Shown here: positions 50,278-62,119 of the stretch, piece by piece | Layout of the letters: every line of letters starts with the position of its first letter | Numbering within the stretch: the first letter of the stretch is position 1 | Source: Octopus sinensis | Lineage: Eukaryota | DNA: 64,000 nucleotides | NCBI RefSeq assembly: GCF_006345805.1 | Contig: NC_042999.1 | Span: 6,262,001-6,326,000 of the forward strand | Direction: 5' to 3' | The notes under the pieces: model-generated | The model's input: only the letters and a program-made list of their open reading frames with translations | What the model was told of the DNA's origin: nothing | Database searches by the model: none | Translations under genes and position numbers: made by a program

Positions 50278-50324
50278 TAACACAATGTTTTGGCTGATAT
50301 ACTCTCCAGCCTTCATCAGGTGTC
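50278..50324 (-). ncRNA. Hammerhead ribozyme motif, same family as 36819, G12 mutated
   Basis: Minus strand reads GACAC-CTGATGA-a-GGCTG-gagagtatat-CAGCC-AAAAC-ATT-GTGTT. Helices I and II are intact. Confidence 0.55.
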
Positions 50325-51338
50325 TTGGGGAAATTTCGAACCTGGGTTCTCATTCCTAAGGTATTTTTCGATGTTATTATTATTATTATTGAGTGAGAGT
50401 GCAGTGCATGCCATCAAAGTGGCATTAGGGTAAAATATACGAAGCCCAGTATACCCATCATGACTACCCGTCTGATAAGGGTACACCAGGCACATGCATC
50501 ACAACCATATGTGTGCGACATGGTGATCTCATATCAAGATAAACAGGTGGGGCCCAGTTAGAATTTTCTTGAGGTCGAGTAGCCCATCCCGCTCAAAAGG
50601 TCCCTGAATAAAGGTTGCTTTAGGATGTTGAATGAATCACCAATGTTTCCAGAGGTGAATTATTCAAACCCCAAAGAATTCCTCTCAACACATGGCTATG
50701 ATGCTCCCCCACTACTTCTGCTCGTGATCAGAGATGCACATATCGTCAGCCACTAGGGGACATGCTCAACTGGTTACGGTCAAACAACTGACAAGCAAAT
50801 CTGTGGTATTGAGCAGAATATTTGCTGTAGCCCATCTTTTATACCAAGACAAAACAATGTACATGATAACACTTCCAATCAGTTAAGATCAGAAGCCATG
50901 AGAGCCACTGCCTGGTGCTGCATCAGGGCATTTATTATTATTATTATTATTCAAGTCACTGCCTGGAATTAAACTTGGAATCTTGGGGTTAGTAGCCCAC
51001 GCTCTTAACCACTATGCTACAGGCATATGGCATAGCAGTTAAGAGCACGGACTACTAACCCCAAGATTCCGAGTTCGATTCCAGGCAGTGACCTGAATAA
51101 TAAGAATACTACTCCTCTACCGTTTTTGATGTGGTGTCTCCTCACCTCACTCGGAAGTGTATTCAGCTCTGGTAATGAGTGCATTTCTTCTTTCTCCTTC
51201 TTTCTTTCTTGTTTTATTTATAAAATTAAATACTTTGTATTAATTTTTACCTAAATGGTTTTTACATTCTCAAATATTGATAATTTTTTTTTTGTTAATT
51301 GCATTACTTTTATGGACATTTCTATTTTATTTCTTCAG

Positions 51339-51522
51339 AGAAACTCACTGGTCAATCATCGGAAAATATGGACGAGGAAATAGCAATAACTCAACAAGAG
51401 GAAAATACTCGATGTGTAATAACAGGGAAAGAAATGGTGGACCCTGTCCGCAATACTGCCTGTGGCCACAGTTACGACCGGAAAGGAATCGAACATTATC
51501 TTCAGACACGGCCAAATGGAAG
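51339..51522 (+). CDS. NSMCE2: NSE2/MMS21 coding exon 4, first part of SP-RING (DEEIAITQQEENTRCVITGKEMVDPVRNTACGHSYDRKGIEHYL)
   Basis: Acceptor tttcttcag, donor AG|GTACGT, 184 nt, phase 1-2. Matches the Nse2 pattern CxIT...M..PV.N..CGH.Y...I. Confidence 0.95.
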
Positions 51523-51567
51523 GTACGTTACCTAGTTTAATCACTCAATCACTTTACCTGTGATATG

Positions 51568-51944
51568 GGAAGCACTCCGTCGGTTACGACAACGAGGGTT
51601 CCGGTTGATCCGATCAACGGAACAGCCTGCTCATGAAATTAACGTGTAAGTGGCCGAGCACTCCACAGACACGTGCACCCCTAACGTAGTTCTCGGGGAG
51701 ATTCAGCATGACACAGAGTGTGACAAGGCCGACCCTTTGAAGTACAGGTACAACAGAAACAGGGAAAAAAGAGTGAGAGAAAGTTGTGGTGAAAGAGTAC
51801 AGCAGGGATCACCACCATCCCCTGCCGGAGCCTCGTGGAGCTTTAGGTGTTTTCGCTCAATAAACACTCACAACGCCCGGTCTGGGAATCGAAACCGCGA
51901 TCCTACGACCACAAGTCCGCTGCCCTAACCACTGGGCCATTGCG
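51568..51944 (-). mobile_element. SINE family E copy, inverted relative to 53483-53870
   Basis: Colinear reverse complement over about 375 bp with scattered substitutions. Confidence 0.9.
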
Positions 51945-52865
51945 TATATCTGTGATATACGACTTGTGTTAATATCCAATTCAGATTGAGATCTTAGAGG
52001 TGAGGGGTCATTCAAAAGGATGGGTAAATAGAGTAGGAAGTTTTGGTTTATTTTAACTGGATCCTTTTTTTTTATGCTTTTGTGAAGAAGGGGTACTTTC
52101 CTGGATCCTTTATCAGTTCTATGGCACACCTTCAGTTAGGATGACAAGGGTTCCAGCTGATCAGAACAACAGAAGAGCCTGTTCGTGAAATAACTTGCAA
52201 GTGGCTGAGTATTCCACAGACATGCATACTTTTAAATGTGGTTCTCAGAGTGATTCAGTGTGATGCAATATGTGGTGAGGCTAGAAATACAGGTATTTAC
52301 ACACATTGCCACCTGAGTGGACTGGAGCAATGTGAAATAAAGTATCTTGCTCAAGGATGCAACACATCACCAGGAACCAAACTCACAACCTTATAATTGT
52401 GGGCCAAATACCCTAACCACCAAGTGCTTTAACCCTTTCGATACTAACCCGGCTGAAACCACCTCTGGCTCTGTAGTACAAATGTCTTGTTTTCATAAGT
52501 TTTTAATTAAAATCTTCCACCAAACCTTAATCACAATTCACGTTCCTAACACTATCTTAATAATAACTCAGTTACTTTACTAAATTCTTTGTTATATTTA
52601 AAGCAATTGAAAGAAACAGAGCATCTCAACAGAAATACAGTAACAAAAGGTTTAATAATGAAATAAATCCTGTAAATTATTTGATTAGTTGGTTTAATGA
52701 CTAACAATGTTTCTTGTTGTGATGAACTAATATAGAGGTTTATATATTTGAATAGAGGTTCACATGTAGGAGATATGTTTATGTTAATACTATTCGGCTG
52801 GTGCGTAATTATTGCGTTTTATTTTTCAACAAATTTTATTCAACAAAAACAATAACAACATGTAA

Positions 52866-53215
52866 AACGCCACCGCCGTGGTGATCTCATTCTCGCTCAC
52901 AACATCATAAGCGGAAAGTGTAACCTCTCGAAAGAGCTGTTCTTCACTCCTGCTCCAGAGCGTCGGCTGCGGTGTCATTCCGAAAAGCTCTACCTGCGAC
53001 GATTTCATCTCAATCGATGGAGAGGGGGCTTTCTCCGTCTGGGTTGCGGATCTGTGGAACAAGCTGCCAGACGAGATGGTGAAGATGCCGACGACCGCTT
53101 TGTGGCCTGAACTCTTTACATGAACGCCACCCTGTACTTAACTCCATGTCCCCCTACATGGCCTTGCTTTTTGCTTTTGAGCCAAAAAAATTAACTAATT
53201 AATTAACTAACTAAC
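52866..53215 (+). mobile_element. CR1 LINE 3' end, same family as 46.3-47.1 kb
   Basis: Near-identical sequence to 46730-47090, including the tail. Confidence 0.88.
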
Positions 53216-53482
53216 AAAGGCATCGATGATTATTCTGGAGCATATTCACCATCCACTTTAATTACTGCTGATGATTTCGCTAAGCTGTCTTTCATTAACT
53301 CTCTTTTAGAGTGTCTTCGTTGGTTATCTGGTCTTACCAACACATTCTCAACATCCTTCTCAAGTGATATTGTGGCTGATGTCAACCATAGAATTAGCAA
53401 AGCTGTGGCCATGGTCCGTAGAATGTGTGCTGTTTGGGCCTCCATACAAAAATCCAGCTTTATAACATCATAGTTCTAGAAT

Positions 53483-53870
53483 GGAGGCGCAATGGCCCAG
53501 TGGTTAAGGCAGCGGTCTCGCGGTCGTAGGATCGCGGTTTCGATTCCCAGACCGGGTGTTGTGAGTGTTTATTGAGCGAAAACACCTAAAAGCTCCACGA
53601 GGCTCCGGCAGGGGGTGGTGATCCCTGCTGTACTCTTTCACCACAACTTTCTCTCACTCTTACTTCCTGTTTCTGTTGTACCTGTATTTCAAAGGGCCGG
53701 CCTTGTCACTCTCTGTGTCACGCTGAATATCCCCGAGAACTACGTTAAGGGTACACGTGTCTGTGGAGTGCTCAGCCACTTACACGTTAATTTCACGAGC
53801 AGGCTGTTCCATTGATCGGATCAACCGGAACCCTCGTCGTCGTAACCGACGGAGTGCTTCCAACAAAAAA
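53483..53870 (+). mobile_element. tRNA-derived SINE family E, full length with 11-bp TSD
   Basis: A box tggcccagtgg, B box ggtttcgattcc, A-tail, TSD agttctagaat at 53472-53482 and 53871-53881. Other copies at 21490(-), 39840(-), 58446(+). Confidence 0.9.
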
Positions 53871-53982
53871 AGTTCTAGAATATATTAGAGAATTCTTTCT
53901 GTTTGTCCAAAATGTTGTGTTCTGTGAATAAATACATTAATTAGTTAGATATATTTCATGTGTTCTTTTGTTTTGCCTCCAG

Positions 53983-54133
53983 GTGTCCAGTGTCAGCTTG
54001 TTCGAATACAGAACTACTCCAAAGATGCAACCTTGAGGAAAATAAAGAATTAAAACGATTTATTGAAAGGAAAAACAGGATGAAAGCAAAACATGTCAAG
54101 CGAAATAACCCAAAGGATTCTATTTTGTTATGA
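53983..54133 (+). CDS. NSMCE2: NSE2/MMS21 last coding exon (CPVSACSNTELLQRCNLEENKELKRFIERKNR...SILL*)
   Basis: Acceptor ttttgcctccag, completes the SP-RING (CPxxxC), TGA at 54131-54133. Total CDS 720 nt = 239 aa. Confidence 0.95.
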
Positions 54134-54174
54134 ACAACTTTGAACTTTTCATTTGTAATCTCATTTTATTATAA

Positions 54175-54180
54175 AATAAA
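54175..54180 (+). terminator. Candidate polyadenylation signal of NSMCE2
   Basis: AATAAA 42 nt after the stop codon in an AT-rich 3'UTR. Confidence 0.5.
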
Positions 54181-55337
54181 ATATTTATTTCATCTCAATC
54201 ACTAAATTTAACACTTTTAAAGCAATCATTTAATGTCCATTTTTCCATGCTGGTGTCAGTTGGACACAATATTTATTTTTTGTTATTTTTTTTTTATAGC
54301 TAAGACTTCACATTAGAATGTAAGGGTACCCTGTATAACATCTGAGGGTAGAAGCTGGGAAATTGATACGATTTAACTGACTGCTGAATATTTTTGAATA
54401 AAGTCTCAACTCAGAATTACACAACCAACCCAAACCGGTTGGTTGACCAGGTTATAAAAGTTAAAGAAAGCACTATGGCTCAGTTGATGAAGAAGAGAGT
54501 TAACCTAGATGAGATGCTTTGTGCTTGGAAGAGATACTCATGATGATAGTGAGACAACTGCAGAAGTGCTTAAGTGTCAGTTATTATAAATGGCACTTGG
54601 CCACGAACGTAAAAAGCACCATCCATTCGTGGCCGTTGCCAGTGCCGCCCCGACTGGCCTCGTGTCGATGGCACGTAAAAAGCACCATCCGTTCGTGGCT
54701 GTTGCCAGCCTCGCCTGGCCCCCGTGCCGGTGGCACATAAAAAGCACCATCCTATCGTGGCCATTTGCCAGACTCGTCTGGCACGTAAAAAGCACCCACT
54801 ACACTTATGGAGTGGTTGGCGTTAGGAAGGGCATCCAGCCGTAGAAACATTGCCAGATCAGACTGGGCCTGGTGCAGCCTTCTGGCTTCCCAGACCCCAG
54901 TTGAACCGTCCAACCCATGCTAGCATGGAAAGCGGACACTAAACAATGATGATGGCTTTTGATAGAAATTAACGTTCAGTGATCTGGTGGTCAGTGAGGA
55001 AGCTAAGAGGAGACAAATGGCTTGAGAGAGAGAGAGCTGTATGGACTTTGTACTGAGGTGAAGAGAGCTGTACAGAGGTGCTGTCAGCAAAGTTAGAGTC
55101 AATGAACTCTGCAATAAATTTAACAGAAATAGGTGTCAATCAAGGTTCGGTCTTCAGCCCTCTTCTGTTTGTTATAATCCTCTAAGCTTTAGTAGAAGAA
55201 TTTAAGACTGGCTGTTCCTGAATACTAATGACCTAGCTCTCATAAATAAATTTTCTGAAAATTTAAAGGCATTCCTGATATGGATGCAAAATCTAGAATG
55301 AAGAGACCTCAAAGTAAACAGAGCAATGGTTAGAGTA

Positions 55338-55768
55338 CCGTAAATCCTCGAGTATAATCTGCATTTTTTCCCCAAAAATTTAAAGGTCAAAATCCCCAGT
55401 GCATACTATATATGAGGTTAAAAATAGAAAATATCTTCTAAGCAATGTCCGAGTCTCTATTTGCTATCCGGCAATGTTTATTCAGAGCATTTTGTGATGT
55501 CGGGCGCGAAAATGCCTTAAGCTAAGCCTGAAAGCAATGAAGTCATAAAAGAATCATCCATAACTTGCAGTAAGCAACATTTATTAAAATAAAAGTATTC
55601 AGAACACAGAATAACATGTAACAAAAATAATTTGCAAACATATTTACATTCCCATATAACAGTTAAGAACATCACCATTATTGTATTACGCATGTGCGGA
55701 AGTGTTTGTTCGACTAGGTGCTACTGGTGTATTATACTCAAGGGCAGACTATACTCGAGGATTTACGG
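55338..55768. mobile_element. Tc1/pogo-like MITE inserted in an RTE fragment
   Basis: TA|CCGTAAATCCTCGAGTATA ... TATACTCGAGGATTTACGG|TA, perfect 19-bp TIRs. Confidence 0.85.
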
Positions 55769-56339
55769 TATTTATGAAGTAAGGGAGAAGACAAAACCCT
55801 GCTGCAATCAGGGAAATGGTGATCATCAAAGGAATTAGTAATCATCATCATCATTTAACGTCTGCTTCCCATGCTGGCATGGGTTGGACGGTTCAACTGG
55901 GGTCTGTGAAGCCAGAAGGCTGCACCAGGCCCAGTCTGATCTGGCAGTGTTTCTACAGCTGGATGCCCTTCCTAACGCCAACCACTCCGTGAGTGTAGTG
56001 GGTGTTTTTTACGTGCCACCGGCACGGAGGCCAGTCGGGCAGTCAGAGTAAACATGGTTTCGAGATTGTTGAGAGAGAGCAACTGCAAGAGTCTTCAGTA
56101 CAAAGTGTGGTGTTGCCGAGGAGTGAGACAAGAACCATTAAAAGAGAGAATTTGCAAAGATGAGAAAAGAAGAAAGTGAGCACACTCTACTGGATAGTAT
56201 TATTCTTTTCTACTCAAGGCACAAGTCTCGAAATTTTTGGAAAGGGGACCACTTGATTAGATCGCCCCTAGAATGCAACTGGTACTTAATTTATCAACCC
56301 CGAAAGGATTTAAAAGGCAAAGTTGACCTTAGTGGGTTT

Positions 56340-58410
56340 CACTTGGGCCTTGTTGAGTGTCAGAAACTTGGGGCTGTAATATTTTCAGATCCTGAAGAGA
56401 AAGGCCAGTCTTTGGGATAATATGGTCCAAGCTATGTTAAAGATGTATTTTCTCCAGGAGAGATTCTTGGGGATTAGTCAGGCCCAAGTATTTGAAACAA
56501 CCATGAGGGCTCTGAATGAGTGCTGCTCACGCTTTGTGAAGTGCAGTGGTATTTTCTGAATATAGGCTGTGCTTGAGGGTTTTTTTTTCCCTGTTAAAAG
56601 AAGCAAGCCGCAGCCCCATTAAAGAATGCTCTTAAGGTTTCCACTTATGGAATCAATGCAGGTTTGATGTGTGGTGTCTAGTTTGCATGTAGATGGTGCC
56701 TGGTTGGGGAAAGGAAAAGTCATGTCATCTCCATGAATGAATGCTAGTGGATGTGGCAACAAGCGGGTTCTTGCTGTACAGAATGAAGGGAGATGGGGAC
56801 CAAACTGAAACCTGGAGAACACCAGAGTTAATTCAGGGTAGGGAAGAAAGTGCTCTGTCAACACATGCTGCAATGATGTGATCTAATGAAGCTACCTATT
56901 TCGTTATTGCCCACAAGAGGCTAAACATAGAGGGGACAAACAAGGACAGACAAAGGTATTAAGTCAATTACATCGACACCAGTGCACAACTGGTACTTAA
57001 TTTATCGACCCCGAAAGGATGAAAGGCAAAGTTGACCTCAGCGGAATTTGAACTCAGAATGTAAAGACACAAAATACCTATTTCTTTATTACCCACAAGG
57101 GGCTAAACACAGAGGTGACAAACAAGGACAGACAAATGGATTAAGTTGATTATATCGACCCCAGTGTGTAACTGGCACTTAATTTATCGACCCCCAAAAG
57201 GATGAAAGACAAAGTTGACCTCAGAACATAAAGACAGACGAAATACCACTAAGCATTTCACCTGGCATGCTAACGTTTCTGCCAGCTCACCACCTTCTAA
57301 TGAAGCTACCAGGAAAGAGGTAAGCATGTAGCTGAGAGGTTTTTATAGGAGATTTGCATGCTAAACTCTGGAAGGCTTTGCTAATGTCTAGGGCAATGAT
57401 ATTGCTTTTCCTGAACTCCCTCTAAAGTGAGAGCCCACTGGAGTGATAAAGGAGCTATACTGGTAGTCATTATGGGGAGAAAGAAATTCAAGGTGTCGGA
57501 GATCATTGCCAATGGCTGTCTCCATTTTGTTAGCTGTATTTAGGTAAAATTAGAATAAGAAGTTAGTTGTCTGGGTCAGAGGGGTTGCTTTTTGGTTGCA
57601 ATATTTTGGTGGACATATTTACAAAGTCAGAAAACAGCACAGCTCCCATGACTTCAGGAAACATTTTTTCACACTGTGAGTTGCTGAAGCATGGAACAAA
57701 CTGCCAGCATCAGTTGTTAGTTGTCGGAGCATTGCATCCTTCAAAACTTCCATGCTTTCTGAGATTCGCCAACACTACACCTGATTTTCTCCCCTATATA
57801 CACACACAAGCATGTATCTGACTCATACACTGTTCACTTCCCAGACATTTGTACATTACTGCATATGCTTTATACACACTTTTGACAAGTTGTGGTGCAC
57901 CTGAGCACTGTATACAGTAATTTCATTATTATTATTATTTTATTTCCAAAGATCATGACATGTTCTTGTGGAGAGTAAGAGGTGGAAGAATTTGGGGAGT
58001 GTAGGGGCAGGCTTTGGGGTGCAATATTTGAGTGTAAAGGAAGGGACATTGTCAGAACTAGTAATCTGAGTTGGTTGAAGCAGCCAGGGTGTTTCTCTGC
58101 TTAGTGAGGTGGTTAGGGGTTGATTTGGAGGGGATTGGCCAAGGATGTAGAGTTGGATGCAAAGCAAGTAATAAAGGTGGGAGCTTTCTCTTTGGTGGGG
58201 GGTCAATACTTGCAGAACTATTTTTGTTTAGAAGAAGACTCTGTGGAGTTGATGGAGATCCTTTTGGTAAAAGACCAGAAAAACTGGCTGCAGTTTGGGA
58301 GATGAGAAAGCTTAAGGGTCATGTGATGCAAAAAGGCACAATGTATAGTGGTGTTACTGGGTGAATACCATCCAGTTTTGCGGAGTGTCTGGAATATTCC
58401 AAGTTTTGTA
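56340..58410 (-). mobile_element. Degenerate L2/CR1-group LINE RT region, interrupted by SINEs
   Basis: Minus strand DNVPSFTLKYC..PAPTL..FFHLLL (about 58000-58060) and IALDISKAF (about 57371-57397). Confidence 0.65.
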
Positions 58411-59384
58411 GGCCTTGTTCTTTTTGCCAGAGCAGCAGCAGCAGTGGAGGCGCAATGGCCCAGTGGTTAGGGCAGCGGACTCGCGGTTTCGATTCGCAGA
58501 CCGGGCGTTGTGTGTGTTTATTGAGCAAAAGCACCTAAAGCTCCACGAGGCTCCAGCAGGGGGTGGTGGTGGTGGTGGCGACCCCTGTTGTACTCTTTCA
58601 CCCCAACTTTCTCTCACTCTTTCTTTTTGTTTCTTGAGTAATGCTGTGGGGGAACACATACGCCATAGAAACCGGGAAACTGGGCCCATGAGCCTTGCTA
58701 GGCTTGAAAAGGGCACATAAATAAAATAGATGATCTAATATTGGTTTCAAAGTTTGGCATAAGGCCAGCAAGTTTGGGGAAGGGGGCTAGTTGATTAAAT
58801 CAACCCCAGTATGTAACTGGTACTTAGTATATTGACCCAGAAAGAATGAAAGGCAAAGTTGGCACCTTGGGCAAGTGTCTTCTGCTATAGCCCCGGGCCG
58901 ACCAATGCCTTGTGAGTGGATTTGGTAGACGGAAACTGAAAGAAGCCCGTCATATATATGTATAAATATATGTATGTGTGTGTATATGTTTGTGTGTCTG
59001 TCTTTGTACCCCCTAGCATTGCTTGACAACCGATGCTGGTGTGTTTACTTCCTTGTCACTTAGCGGTTCGGCAAAAGAGACCGATAGAATAAGTACTGGG
59101 CTTACAAAGAATAAGTCCCGGGGTCGATTTGCTCGACTAAAGGCAGTGCTCCAGCATGGCCGCAGTCAAATGACTGAAACAAGTAAAAGAGTAATAAATA
59201 TTTTCCTGTTTTAATTTGCTGTCATATTGAATAAATTTTCCTCCTTTCTAACATACTCCATCTGCTGGCAACCAGTAAGAAGAGACAGAGGAAGATCTGC
59301 ATCTTATTCAATACTAAGGGCCTGAGATTTTGCTTCTAACTATCCATGGCATTTATTTTTGTAATATACAGAGAAGCCGTTAAT

Positions 59385-60985
59385 AAGGTTAGGATTTTTC
59401 AATGAGTATAGTGAAGAATTCCGGGTAGAAGTAGAGGTCCACCAAGGTTCAGCCCTCAGTCCCCTTTTATTTATCATAGTCCTCCAGGCAATAACAGAGG
59501 AATTCAAGACGGGTTGCCCCTGGGAGCTCCTCTATGCTGATGACCTGGCCCTCATAGCAGAATCACTACTAGATCTAGAAGTGAAATTTCGGGTGTGGAA
59601 GCTAGGTTTAGAATCAAAAAGCCTTAGAGTCAATGTAGTAAAGACCAAAGTTCGAGTAAGTAGGAAGGTGAACTCATCACACAGCCCCTCACGTAGGTGG
59701 CCCTGCTCAACCTGTAGAAAAAGTGTAGGTAGAAACTCCATAAGATGTACCCAGTGTAAGCTATGGACGCATAGGAGGTGCAGCAACATCAAAGGAAAAT
59801 TAACTGAGAAGATGGCTTTCATGTGTGGCAGATGCACAGGGGCAATAAACTCCAAGATACTCAGAAAACAGATTCCATCACACTCTAGGGGAAGAAACTA
59901 GAAGTAGTTGATAGCTTCTGCTACCCAGGTGACCAAGTTAGTAGTGGGGGTGGATGCTCAGAGAGTGTTACCACTAGAATAAGAATAGCCTGGGCAAAGT
60001 TTAGAAAGCTTCTACCCCTACTGGTGACAAAGGGTCTCTCGCTCAGAGTGAAAGGTAGATTGTATGATGCATGTTTGCGAACCGCCATGCTTCACGGTAG
60101 TGAAACATGGGCTGTGACTGTAGAGGACATGTGTAGGCTCGAAAGAAATGAAGCTAGCATGATCCGCTGGATGTGTAATGTCAGCGTGCGTGCACGACAG
60201 AGGGTAAGCACCCTGAGAGAAATGCTGGACATAAGAAGCATCAGATGTGGTGTGCAAGATAGACGTTTGTGCTGGTATGGTCATGTACTGCAGATGGATG
60301 AGGAGAGATGTGTGAAGAAGTGCCACTCCCAAACAGATGAAGGTATCCGGGGTAGAAGTAAACCCAGGAAGACATGAGATGAGGTGGTCAAACATGACTA
60401 TCGAATGTTGGGCCTCAGAGAGGCAATGATGAAAGACTGAGATCTCTGGAGATATGCTGTGACTGCGAAGACCCAGCAAATAACGTGAGTTCATGGCTGT
60501 TTTCTGCACCAGTTTCACATAGAAGCCCCAGCCCATCCAAAGTACCATGGATCGTAGGGCGACCTGCTGTGCTTACCTTGGATCATAGGGCGACCTGCTG
60601 TGCTTGAGGAGACCTATTGAGTCAAGTACATCAACATCAAAATCAAATGGAAATTGTAGTTGTGATACCTGTGCTGGTGGCACGTAAAAAGCACCATCTG
60701 AATGTGGCCAATGCCAGCGCCGCCTTAACTGGCTTCCATGCCGGTGGCATGTAAAAAGCACCAACCGATCGTGGCCGCTGCCAGCCTCCTCTGGCATCGG
60801 TGCTGGTGGCACATAAAAAGCACCCACTACACTCTTGGAGTGGTTGGCGTTAGGAAGGGCATCCATCTGTAGAAACACTGCCAGATCAAACTGGAGCCTA
60901 GTGCAGTCTCCTGGCTTCCCAGACCCCGGTCGAACCGTCTAACCCATGCCAGCATGGAAAAGGGACGTTAAACAATGATGATGAT
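59385..60985 (+). mobile_element. RTE-clade LINE 3' half with complete tandem-repeat 3'UTR and (GAT)n tail
   Basis: GVHQGSALSPLLF, ELLYADDL (59523-59546), VNVVKTKV, WPCSTCRK..G.NSI.C..CK.W.H..C, ORF 60024..60377 (LHGSETW..WYGHV..M). Confidence 0.92.
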
Positions 60986-61189
60986 TCGTGTGGAGAAAGG
61001 CGTTTTTCTCATGATCTTCACCAACCTTCTTAGACTAGTAAAATCCTCTTGAATGGTTGTAGAAAAATCATGGAAAGAAGGCAATTCTGGAGTAGTTGTG
61101 CAGAAAGAGGGGGACTGGGTGCGTAAGTTAGTGCTGGTCTGAAGACATAGACACAATACAGGTGATGAGAGAAGGAGACACAAGTGTAT

Positions 61190-61502
61190 CAGGAGTTAGT
61201 TAGTTCATTTTTTGGCTCAAAAAGCAAAAAGCAAGGCCATGTAGGGGGACATGGAGTTATGTACAGGGTGATATTCATGTAAAGAGTTCAGGCCATTTGT
61301 GGTCAAGGGAGACTTTGAACTGAGCGGTCGTCGGCAGCTTATTCCACGGATCCGCAACCCGGACGGAGAAAGCCCCTCTCCTTCGATTGAGATGAAATCG
61401 TCGCAGATAGAGCTTTTCGGAGCAGGAGCAGGAGTGAAGAGCAGCTCTTTCGAGAGGTTACACTTTCCGCTTGTTGTGAGCAAGAATGAGATCACCACGG
61501 CG
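61190..61502 (-). mobile_element. CR1 LINE 3' end (deleted), same family
   Basis: Reverse complement of 46730-47080 with internal deletions. Confidence 0.85.
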
Positions 61503-61803
61503 TACGAGTTGGGGCAGTGGAAACCCAGCAAACTCTGAGTAGAGAGAGGAGACATGTCACCACTGATGAAGAACTTTATACCAATCATTCAAATAGCTTT
61601 TCTTTGAATGGCAGTCTAAGATGACCATGTACATAGCAGCAGCAGCAGTGCCATCCCAAATGTGGGAGGAGTTCTCCATTATGGGTGGGGGACTCACCTG
61701 TGCTTTCTAGAGGGTTACTAGTTGTAAGGAATCAAAACAGAGATGAAACCAAAATGTTTGCAAAAACAAATTTTATTTTGAGGAATGGGATAGTTCTATA
61801 GTC

Positions 61804-62119
61804 TAGTGATTCCCAAACTTTTCGCTCTCAAGGACCTTTTTAATATGTTTATGCTTCATTAACATGCCAGGCAAAATGCTTAACGGTATTTCGTTCTGAG
61901 TTCAAATTCCGTCAAGGTCGACTTTGCCTTTCATCCTTTCGGGGTCGATTAAATAAGTACCAGTTATGCACTGGGGTCGATGTAATCGACTTAATACCTA
62001 TGTCTGTCCTTGTTTGTCCCCTCTATGTTTAGCCCCTTGTGGGTAATAAAGAAATAGGTATTTCGTTCTGTCACGGATCTCCAGTACTACCTTTGCGGAC
62101 CACAGGTTGGGAACTGCTG
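61804..62119. mobile_element. hAT MITE with nested SINE B
   Basis: 8-bp TSD CTATAGTC on both sides; ends tagtgattcccaaac / ggttgggaactgctg; SINE B at about 61860-62075. Confidence 0.75.

Noticed and set aside
53483-53560. tRNA-like sequences with A and B boxes (also at 9713, 14077, 58446)
   Set aside because: They are SINE heads continuing into family bodies; I could not fold a complete cloverleaf.
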